In this document: positions 53,341-64,000 of the stretch, in pieces
Position numbering within the stretch: the stretch's first letter is position 1
Layout of the letters: each line of letters begins with the position of its first letter
From: Antedon mediterranea
Taxonomy: Eukaryota; Animalia; Echinodermata
Direction of reading: 5' to 3'
Assembly: GCF_964355755.1 (NCBI RefSeq)
Contig: NC_092674.1
Location: 27,342,001-27,406,000, forward strand
Length of the DNA stretch: 64,000 nucleotides
Position numbers and translations under genes: made by a program
Notes under the pieces: model-generated
What the model was told of the DNA's origin: nothing
Database searches by the model: none
What the model saw: the letters and a program-made list of their open reading frames with translations, nothing else

Positions 53341-53715
53341 AAGCTTGGTTCCCACTAGAACGTAACGAAAGGACGTAAACGCAACGCAAGCGTGGTAACC
53401 AATGACAAGCGAAGTTATAGACAGTTAGCAATCACAAGCGAATAAGCCATCGCTTGTGATTGGTCAATTCACTTGCGTTGCGTTACGTCCTTGTATTGCG
53501 TCGCTACTGGGAACCACGCTTTAGGGGAACCTTTAAGCGTGGTTCCCACTAGCGACTCAACGGAAGGACGTAACGCAACGCAAGTGAATTGACCAATCAC
53601 AAGCGATGGCTTATTCGCTTGTGATTGCTAACTGTCTATAACTTCGCTTGTCATTGGTTAAAACGCTTGCGTTGCGTTTACGTCCCTGCGTTACGTTCTA
53701 GTGGGAACCAAGCTT
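53341..53715. mobile_element. Inverted pair of MITE family B copies
   Basis: Copies at 53341-53521 and 53535-53715 are in opposite orientation with a spacer of about 13 bp. Confidence 0.9.
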
Positions 53716-56401
53716 AATTGGGGTTCTGCGTACTGTACAAATGCCTAAACACGTTTGTGCATTACTACAGAAATGATGTATGTTGCAAATAAAAGGTTAA
53801 CAGTTTACGGATTAAAATAACCAAAACTCCCTAATGTGACACGTGACTTAAGATCTTAACAAATTCCTTTTATGATCACTTTATAGGAACATTATCGGTA
53901 AACATCAAAGCAAACTTGAAATGATGTCGTAAACTCATTAGGACATTTAACATTAACTCATCTTTGATTTGGAAATGATCGTTTGGCTATTGACCCCTAG
54001 TCGTACCCTTATGACTATACTGCTGGCTATTGAACCGATATTAGTACCTCTCTGTCAAATTTTATAGCAATAACAACTCAAGGCAATCATCTGAAATCCC
54101 AATTCAAAACTTAAGTTATACATTAGAGATATATTTGTACAGAAATGTGATCTTGCAGTGATGTGTCATAGTAAAGCCATTTCATACAGTGTTTGTGTTA
54201 TGTCAGGCATGACAGCACATTTTTCGCTTTATTACAAATATAAAAGGATTTATGCAGCTTATTCCACACAAAGCTTGGTTCCCACTAGGACGCAACAAGG
54301 ACGTGTGCACAATGCAAGTAATTTGACCAATCACAAGCGACGGATCATTCGAACTGTCGTTTATGATTGGTCAAATTATTTACTTACACGTCCCGAGTTA
54401 TATCCAAGTGGTAACAAACTGAACATTTTAAACAATTTATTTACCTTTTAAGTTCACGAATACAATAAATGAAAGCTAAAAATTTGAGAAAAACAACTAA
54501 ATCACGTAATTTATTTACCACCACAGCAAAACATAATGAAAAATTTAAAATAACAAATAAACATATCCATTAATTGAAAAATGTTGCGACATTTCTTTAA
54601 TAAAAACCTATACTAGCAGCTATATATACTTTGATATATACTTTGATAAATTTATAAATATAATATAAGACTTTCTTCTAATCAACCTGTGTATTTTTAG
54701 TTTACACTTTAACCTGAATCAAATCAATCGTAAGTTTAATTTTCATGTCATCAAACAAAAAAGATGACGGTTTTCAAATACATATATATAATTGTATAGG
54801 CAAGCAACATGAATACAGTATAGAACTCTGCCTTTGAGACAAACCTCAGGGGATACAACTATTAAAGGGACACTTTCCCCAAAAAACGAACAAGGAAAAA
54901 AAATGTTTTACCTATAGAAGAGAGTGATCTCAATCGGCCAACCGATACTCAGGGGACGCAGTCGCTATTACGGGGAGAATTTGGGTACCGAATATGTCCT
55001 CTTACAAGGTTCTCACCGGGAGGAAACGTAAGCACAACGCAAGTGATTTGACCAATCACAACGCGATGGATCATTGAACTGCCGCTTGTCATTGATCAAC
55101 TCGCTTGCGTTGCGTCTATGTCCTTGCGTTGCGTCTACGTCCTTGCGTTGCGTCTACGTCCTTGCGTTGCGTCTCTAGTGGGAACCATGCTTTATCTTTT
55201 AATATAGGATTTAGTTAACATTAAACTTTTGAAGTCTATATTGAATTTGTGATCAAAAGTTTACGATGAAACCATCACTAATTACATGCAATTGTGTTTC
55301 TCTTTACTTATATGTCAAGTACCTATAGGATAATTGAGAAAATGCATACATTAGATAATTAGTAAGATTGTCCGTAACGTGTTGAAGTAAATATTAAAAG
55401 CATGTGTTAAGTAACTGAAAGGTGTCATCACTAAATTAAAGTATGTGTTTAATTTTCATTTAGTTTCTATAATCATCACTCATCAGCGTTATTTCCTGTT
55501 AAGTACCACCACAACGGACGAGAAACCTGGTCGAAATGAAATGAAAACAAAACTAAAACTTTCGGGTTCTTCGACCTACTTCACTCGCGCCCTTTAATGT
55601 ACATATCGTGCGTACAAGCGTGATGCTTGGACGCAACGAAACGACGCGTGGCGCAACGCAAGTGAGTTGACAAATGACAAGCGCTTTACGTCCTCAGTTC
55701 GGATGATCCATCGCCCTCAAAATTGGTCTAACTTGCGGCACGATTAATCCTTGCGTTGTAGGTGGAACAAAGGTATAAATTGTAGTATTTTTTGTAATAT
55801 TGTTATATACAAAGTCTTTGTTTTACAAACATTTGTTTGAAATTTAAAAAGAGTTGATCGCTGACAAAATGTATATATTATATTTTATATTAGTTGTATG
55901 CAAATGTTATGATGACTATGAAATAAAACGTAAATTGAGCGGTCTACTGTTTCTTCTTTATTGTATGTTTTATGATTTATGTATGAATGAACACAGATAC
56001 GGTTAAGGCTGCTTCAACGAAAATCTACCTAAAGTCTTTTATTATTTTTCATGGCAATAATACATCAGAGTCCTACTTTTGTAATTGGACATATTTAAGT
56101 ATGGATTGGAAATAACCTTATCTAATCTATATAAACGTTGGGAGTTTTTATTAGCAGAATATCTCCGTTACATTATCCAAGCATCAATACGCATCGTTAT
56201 TGACGTAGAGAAACTTAAAGCTTGGTTCCCATGAGCGACGCAACGTAACGCAACCTACAGCTTGGTTCCCACTAGTGACGCAACGTAACGCAACCTACGC
56301 GCAACGTAAGGAAATGCTTTCCAATAATTGTGTTTGCCCCGCCTGCGTGAAATCAAACCAATACAGCACACGTCAATAGGTCGTTGCATTGAACAACGCG
56401 T

Positions 56402-56583
56402 AAGCTTGGTTCCCACTAGAACGTAACGCAAGGACGTAAACGCAACGCAAGCGTTTTAACCAATGACAAGCGAAGTTATAGACAGTTAGCAATCACAAGC
56501 GAATAAGCCATCGCTTGTGATTGGTCAATTTACTTGCGTTGCTTTACGTCCTTGCGTTGCGTTGCTAGTGGGAACCACGCTTT
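56402..56583. mobile_element. MITE family B copy adjacent to or nested in a family C copy
   Basis: Full TIRs. Degenerate relatives lie at about 40916-41036, 41627-41920, 54271-54420, 55010-55192, 55625-55770, 58066-58256 and 59940-60042. Confidence 0.9.
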
Positions 56584-56896
56584 ACAACGCGTCGCGTCCC
56601 TGATTTTCTGTGACATTTTTCGTTGTAATTGAGTTCACACTGATATTATAACATAATTATTATCTTGCTTATTACAGAAACTGGGCAAATGTTGTGCAGT
56701 TGATACGAGTTGTTTTACCCAACTTATAGTAAAATTTAACACACAAGAGCTTCATTAGAACGCAGAGCACAGATAAGTGCGATATTAATTATATATATAT
56801 TATATAATACATTACTATACTCATAATCTATATTACTTAATTACTGTTCAGATAAGCATAATAATAAACACATGAATGATTTTTGTTATTTCTGAA

Positions 56897-57079
56897 AGCT
56901 CTGTCCACACTATCAAACTAGTTTAATAAAAAAGTGATGTGCCCAAATATGGTAGTGATGCTAAAATAATATTTCTATGATGATGATGTAATATCACTAC
57001 TATATTAGTAGTGATATGGAATCATCATGTCCAACATCCCTTTTTTGCCGCATAAAGATTGATAGTGTAGACAGAGCTT
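56897..57079. mobile_element. MITE family A copy
   Basis: AAGCTCTGTCCACACTATCAAACT...GATAGTGTAGACAGAGCTT. Confidence 0.8.
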
Positions 57080-60000
57080 TATACGAAGTAATTTGTCTTA
57101 TATAAATAAATGTTAACACATTATTTAAATTGATTTAGTTAGCCTCACCGTGTGGCCAAAATATAACATTTTTCTCACACCTGGCCTATAGACCATACAC
57201 CAATTTTCCGTTTTTTTAAATTCCTCTCAAAATCTAATATTTCATTAATGTAATCTAATCTGTCATTAATCTAATCTGCCATTAATCTAGGCCTAATCCA
57301 ATCGCTATTCTACCATTAATCTAATCTACTACAAGAGTAGGACATATCAACAATACCTTTTGAAAATTTAACTTTTAAAATATAGTTATGAGTGTACCCA
57401 ATTGTTCGTTTGTTATTTCTTTCAATTGTAAGTGTACGTCTTAAATCACTACTCCAGTTTGATAGTTCCTTTTTCTATTTTAATTATATGTTCTATTCAT
57501 TTTGTTCAAATGTTCTTAATTTGCATGCAGATACTGCAACCAATAAAACAACCCGATTGAATTTCAGACACATTAAGATTAATTTACATCGGAACTTGTA
57601 GTTGCCGAAATATTCCATGTGCATTTGAATTTCGTTTATTTCTTTAATTTCCGCTGAGACCTTGCAGAAGAAATATCATTAGAATCTACAACGTTGATAT
57701 CAATTTACTGATAAAGCCCGTTATTTCATTCGTTTCAAGATTTATGAAAATTAAGAGAACGCGAAAAGTGAACCATGGCCGACCTAAAGGCATATCATGA
57801 CCTATCATTTACATTGTCTAAAACATTTAGGACTGCAGCAAGAACGAATTCGAATGTTACATTATATCATTAAAAACATCCTTATAGTAATAACATTATT
57901 TAGCGTAGACACATTTTAATTAAGCCCATCCACCATAGGGCATGCAGAGTTAAGGCGCCATGGGTGGAGTTTGGTGGTAGTTTGTTGGATACGTCATGCA
58001 ATACCGTAAGCATTGCATTACGGTACATTAACACACATGATGCTTAGTCCAGAGACGCAATACAAGGAGGTAGCGAAACGTAAATCTTGGTTCTCACTAG
58101 GACGTAACGCAAGGACGTAAACGCAAAGGAACAGTTCGAATAATCCATAATATACCCATAATAATTCTCTAGTGGGAACCAAGCATTAGTGGTTTGACCA
58201 ATCACAACCGATGAATCGTCAACTCGCGTGTGTTGCGTTTCTATAGTGGGAACCAAGTTCTCACATTAAGAAGAAACGCAATGACGACGTACGTAACGCA
58301 TCGACGCAAAATGACGTAAAAACATAACTTTGCGAGTGGGAACCGAACACCGTTTTCTGCACTTAACATTTTTTTTTACTTAAGCAAACATATTGATATT
58401 AATGTCAATGTTTGAATGCAAAACTATGGCTACTTTCTTTAAATGCATTAATGTTATATGGTATATAACGTCTGTTACGGTTGCAGCACTCGGTTACTCA
58501 CGGTCGTTACAAGCTCATATCAACGTTGAACTAATCGGAGCCCAAGTCAATATACAACCGACCTTATTTGTGTAGAAATTAAACCTAAATAACCTCTAAA
58601 AAACACAGACCCATTTCATTTCACTTGTCTTATGCGTAATGCCTATTTATATATAACAACGAGCGCAATAAAATAAGGAGAAGTTGTAATATATCTTGCA
58701 TGGTAAAACACGTTTAGTATAAGCGTATAAAGTTGGCGGAAAAAGCCAACGCTAGTCTTTATGTACACTTTAATTTATGGAAATTATGTGACCACGATAC
58801 ATTTTTGCGACGATTTTTATTGCTTCGTTTGCGTAAGAAAGTCTTAATTTATGCTTCGTTTACTATTGTTAAATATGTGACACCCCATCCCCCCAAACAC
58901 CATCTCCACCCCCAACACCATCTCCAACCCCAACACCTCCCCCACCCCCAAAAACCATGAAAAATAATACTAGGCCTACTTTGTATATATGATTCACTTT
59001 TGCCAAACCAAAAAGAACAAAATTGTTTCTCAACAAAAATAAATAAATTTATAAACATGTAATTGGTTAATCCTATACTGTAGGCTAGACAGTGGATTTT
59101 CTTTAAATTACGGTTTATGCGACCTAAATATATCTTTTTTCGATTCAATTTGCGGTCAACGTGAAGAATATTAGTGATATACAAATGGAATATTCAACAA
59201 ACATTAAATTATTATTTTAGGGGGACAATACATCTTTATCGTTAGGACATATTTGTTGTATATGCACTCAAGATGGATGATACTTCGAAAGTTTACCAAA
59301 TCATTCTTTAAAGTCAAAGATCGATAGCCCTTTCGTATCTTACTTATATCATCCGTTTCTTATTTTAATTAGTATAGTATAGATCTTGAAGTATAAATAC
59401 ACATTTTAATTACAAAAAGGTTTTAGTAAGTCTAATTTTGAAATAAATTATCTATCTTCCTCTTTTTATGGTAAGAGGAGTTTGTGTTGACTCGGAATAT
59501 TAATCTTATAATACTAGTTGTAGACAAGTCATCAATAACTATCTTTTGTAAGCTATACAGAATGCAAATACAATACATTTATGCCGATTGGTGATAAACT
59601 TAATTAAACAAAACAGTATTATTAAACACACATGTTTTAAGATACTACACAGATTACCATTATGATTGCTGATGATTACAACTGGTATTTTTACACTATA
59701 CAAATGGTATTTGGTTAATACGTCTATTATAAGAGTTAAGACCTTATAAATTATAGATGCCGTACAGTCCACTCTTTAATTAACAACGATCATATTTTGG
59801 TCTCTGAAGAGCTTGCGTTCGGCCATTAAAAATGTGATAACAAATTAATATAATTAAAATTAATAATAAAGCGCGATAAAATCGTTATCCCATGAGTTTA
59901 CTTTGATTAACTTTAATCGTCGAATGTAATTAACGTTAAAGCTTGGGACGCAACGAAAGGGACGAAGACGCAACGAAAGCATGTTGACAAATCCCCTGCG

Positions 60001-60474
60001 TTGCACCTACGTCCTTGCGCTTAATAATGGGAACCGACCTTTAGTCAGTACGAGCACGTAGTAAGTTTGACACATATGCGACTATAAGAAGTACGTTTAT
60101 ACATTACTGTACACTAAGGTTACAAATTGGCAATATAATCAAAATGGTCTCAACAAAAATAAATATGCTATATATTGGTATAATAAAATATAATACTGTT
60201 ATAAGATATGTTTACGTTATATAGTGGGACACAATGGAGTAGAATGATTTCAAAACGTTCGTCATAGTGTAAAGTATTATATTGTAGGGATATAGCAGGG
60301 TGTTACCAATCGATCACAGCTGAACTATCATTTTGTAAATAAGACAAGATTTAATTATGATTCATATAGCTAACCATTTTGTTTATTAACTTTTAGCAAC
60401 ATCAACACGGTTTTAGCAATTTTAAAACACATGATGCAGTACATGTACAGTAAAACACATCTTTTTGTGAGTAC

Positions 60475-60581
60475 AACATGTGCGCGTTCAATTAATGATA
60501 ACAACTGTACGCGCGCGTTCAAGTAATGATGAAAACTGTAACGCGCGCGTTCAAGTAATGATGGAATTGTACGCGCGCGTC
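60475..60581. repeat. Tandem repeat of about 31 bp, about 3.3 copies
   Basis: GCGCGTTCAA(G/T)TAATGAT..AA.TGTAC is repeated. Confidence 0.8.
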
Positions 60582-61440
60582 AATTTTGTGACATTGACTT
60601 TCTATGCTGAATTTTCAGTTCATACAGCTTATGTACATTACTATGTGAATATATCGTAAGTAGAGGGTCATTTACAATACTCCATTAGCGGGGGAAAACG
60701 GTATTCAGACCAATCACAAATAATTATCTCAGCACTCATTATAAAACATTATATAATTGAATGCACTCGTTACATCATCACAGAGCTAATTTCAGCTGTT
60801 GATGTTTAGAAATTGCTCACAAAATGCATTAATGTTAATAAGATAGAATATCTGGGGATTAAAATAGACAGGGTTTTTGGTATACCACCTGCTAACAGTA
60901 TTATACAGAAAATCACAATTTGGCAGAGTGTTTACATACACAAATAGATTTCTAGTTACAAAATACCGAAAAACAGTTTTTACACATTAGGCCATGTACA
61001 GTAAGCTGAATGCTTGTTTATATATATATATATATCTATATACATGCTTTTCAAGAAATATTGTTTCCTCAACATCATAATACAATAATAATTTTAAAAT
61101 TTCTATTTTTTTCAAAGGAACAATATTATCTTTATGATCAAATCTTACATTGGCATATATTTGATTTATATAGAAACTTTTTTTAGATAATAATTACATA
61201 ATTTAAAGAATAATAAGCAGAATACGTGATACGTAATTAGGCCATATACTATTTCATTTATAACAAACGTTTAACGAATAACCTTGACTTCATATGCACA
61301 CATTGTTCTGTTGAATCATGGAGGTATATATATACTGTATAGCTCACGTGGAGGACATTATGTCAATGATGCTTGACTGCGCGTAACTAAACGTCAGAAT
61401 GTCAATGACGTTTGACTGCGCGTAACTAAACGTCAGAGGG

Positions 61441-62622
61441 TCAAGTACAAGTCGTGTACAAGTTCCCCGTCGGGGTTGTAAGTTGATGCGTTACAGTCAT
61501 ATTTCGACCGGTCTTATTAGATCCGGATTCTCCCGAGTTAGTACGAAACAACAGCTTACGCCGCACGTTGCATTTTAGAGCGTCGCAATACGCCTGTCGG
61601 TAACGCTTACTCATTAGATTATAAACTATCGGATTTACGGCGGAATTGACGTAAAGCATAAGACGGGCGAACTGACCCCATGAGTTGAACAACTCTTGTG
61701 ACAATACGTGAACATTACTTACAGTTTCTCCAGTAATCACGAGCGAAAAAATCTCAAACGGTGCCAGACATACGAAAAACACTAAACCATTAACAATAAG
61801 CATACGTGCAACTTGGTTACGGATCCGTAAATTTTTCACGTTTGTCGGTCTGTGACGATCGGTGGTACCAACACGGTGGTTTAAACTGTTAATTATATTG
61901 TAATATATAATGCAATTGGCAATGAACGCAGCGAAGAAGGGTAGGGTTTGAACGAGTGATGCAAAGCTTGTATACCACGGAGTTATCCCTGTACACTTAA
62001 AAATTTGTCCTTCTTGGTACAACTCACTATGGCCCGACGGTGTCGTTGAATTCCACCATAAACAGTACGAAACGTTTCCCCAATTGCTGGGTGATATCAA
62101 AATTGAAAGAAGAAACGCTACTAACCAAGCAGACGTAATCAGGCGAACTGTTCGTTCTTTAGCGCCGATTTTTAGACGGTGCTTTAACGGACGACAAATG
62201 GCGTAAAACCTTTCCACAGCCGCCAATGTTACAAGAAATACCGACGAAAAGAAAGTCATATCTGTAATAAAGTATACAACGATACAACCGACTTGACCCA
62301 TCATGGACTGATCGTCAACATACGGCGATGACAGAAGCCGCCATAGTTTTTCTCCGATGGCCACGACCAGAAATATCAAATCAGAAATTGCTAAACTTTG
62401 CAGATATAAGTTAGTTATTGTTCTCATCCTTTGAACTAGAGTTACAACAACAAGAAATGTCACATTACCCATAATTCCGACCACAAGAATAGCTGGCATT
62501 ATCAGTGTAATGATGATTTTGTCCACTTTATCGTAGTAAACACTATCCGAACCCATACTGTCTATACATTTCATGTCCGTCATTGTATCGTTTGAAGCAA
62601 CAGTGGTCGATAACGATGTCAT
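61441..62622 (-). CDS. Class A (rhodopsin-family) peptide-type GPCR, TRH/ghrelin/neuromedin-U receptor-like orphan; intronless CDS
   Basis: Seven hydrophobic segments with GN (TM1), MRTITNLYLQSLAISD (TM2), ERFYAICRP (TM3), AW (TM4), FFVCLAPF (TM6) and NSAVNPIVY (TM7). The ORF is open to 62727. The likely start is MTSLSTT at 62622, downstream of acceptor-like TATACAG sites. Confidence 0.92.
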   Translation of the reverse strand: MTSLSTTVASNDTMTDMKCIDSMGSDSVYYDKVDKIIITLIMPAILVVGIMGNVTFLVVVTLVQRMRTITNLYLQSLAISDLIFLVVAIGEKLWRLLSSPYVDDQSMMGQVGCIVVYFITDMTFFSSVFLVTLAAVERFYAICRPLKHRLKIGAKERTVRLITSAWLVAFLLSILISPSNWGNVSYCLWWNSTTPSGHSELYQEGQIFKCTGITPWYTSFASLVQTLPFFAAFIANCIIYYNIINSLNHRVGTTDRHRPTNVKNLRIRNQVARMLIVNGLVFFVCLAPFEIFSLVITGETVSNVHVLSQELFNSWGQFARLMLYVNSAVNPIVYNLMSKRYRQAYCDALKCNVRRKLLFRTNSGESGSNKTGRNMTVTHQLTTPTGNLYTTCT

Positions 62623-64000
62623 TTTCACAATTGCGTTGCTACATCCAGTTTTCTTTCTTGATATAATTCCTGTATAACTGTATACTATCGATATAAACAA
62701 ATTATACAATGTTAAAAATGAGTTCAATGAAGACTAATACGATTGAGTTAGAGAGTCGACGACGAACACGTGTTAGCGCGTACCAGGCGATATTGAAACT
62801 GAAGTGTCAAAAGCGCGGTTATTTTAGAAGATCACAACAATTTGGCATTAATTTTGCTAGGTTTTCATTGGTCGATATAACGTTTACGTATTCACACATT
62901 TCATCAGCAATATCGTCACGGCAATATATTCCATCTAATAAATATTTCTTATGTGAGAAAGATAATAGTAATTACATCGTGATGTAATATTAAATCGAAG
63001 AAGCTCGACGGTCCAACAAAGTCATTAAAAACTTTTAACTGCTGTAATCTTGCTGAGGCTTACGCCGAAACGGCCAACGAACCAAGCGTTGGTTTTGTAG
63101 ATTGCACGACTATTTATAGGCCTAATTATTAGCAATTGTGAACAGTAAACGGACGGACTTACGGTCTAAGTCCACAAAAGTATGTTATTATGAGTATCTT
63201 CTAAACAAGATGATTTACTGCAAAGCATCGATCTCATCGATGGGAGATATTGAGACAAATAAGGATCGTCGCATTGGATGCAGCTTGCTGCGTGATTAAC
63301 GTTATGACTATGACAGGCTGATATCGCCTTAAATCGTCCTAGAAATAATTCTCACTCTGACTTAAGCGACTGGTTTGAGTGAAAATAACTAATGAAGCGG
63401 ACAGACTCAGCAGGTTTTCCTTAGTAGTTCTTCGTTTTAAAAGCTGCAGGCCGACACTTAACAATACATCCCAATCAAACAATCGTGTTAAAGGCGGTGT
63501 TTTCTAAGGTTTTTAGTTTCAAAATAATTGTATATCATCAAATAGAGGACTTTGCATCATTGCTTATATTGTGAATTTGTGAACGATTTTGTGCGGATTG
63601 TTAGTCGTGGGGCGCTAATCCTACGATTAAGGATGCTTCGGTCTCTGTTACAATGAAATAGGCATACAAAGCTAGCGCGCATGCGCCGCTTATATCAAAC
63701 TAAATCGAAAATACAGTATACCATGGAGAAATAATAAATCTAATTATTATTTGTCCATGAGTATATTAACGAAATGTACTTTATTAATTGAAATGTGATT
63801 TTATTTCTATGAATTGTTATGTTTAATACGGTATATAGTTAATAGCCCGCGGTACCTGTAAATGCTAGTCATTTGAGGCCTACGGGCCTTTGATACAATT
63901 TTGTAATAAAACGAAACAATTATGAAAATGTCGAAATAATTAATACTTATGTATATTGGAACCAAATTATATATTGTGATATTTGTATATAGGCTAAATA

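Noticed and set aside
58733-59184. His/Pro-rich and Trp/Gly-rich ORFs
   Set aside because: They arise from a short C-rich degenerate 18-bp tandem repeat.
62623-62727. N-terminal 35-aa extension of the GPCR ORF
   Set aside because: It spans a pyrimidine-rich stretch with acceptor-like TACAG sites, so it is more likely intron or 5' UTR, with the start at 62622.

Overview
AT-rich, intron-containing metazoan genomic DNA. It resembles an invertebrate deuterostome, probably an echinoderm; this is an inference from the repeat types and gene content. Protein-coding genes: the last exon of SUGT1 (+), a complete 3-exon NXT1/2 (-), an 18-coding-exon OCA2/P-protein gene (+) that contains a U12-type (minor spliceosome) intron, a single-coding-exon RING/coiled-coil TRIM-like gene (+), and an intronless class A peptide-type GPCR (-). 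Between NXT and OCA2 are two unexplained, apparently paralogous plus-strand transcription units. They share an identical 23-nt TOP/TCT-like start, and the second ends in a structured RNA segment with a loop-to-distal 14-bp pairing. A composite 5S rRNA + tRNA + Deu-domain SINE (AmnSINE1-like architecture) lies at about 11.67-12.13 kb. The rest of the window holds non-autonomous DNA transposons (MULE-like, Kolobok-like, Harbinger/Tourist-like MITE families, Tc1-like remnants) and minisatellites, including one derived from a MITE interior. All exon models and family assignments were made by eye and no database searches were run.
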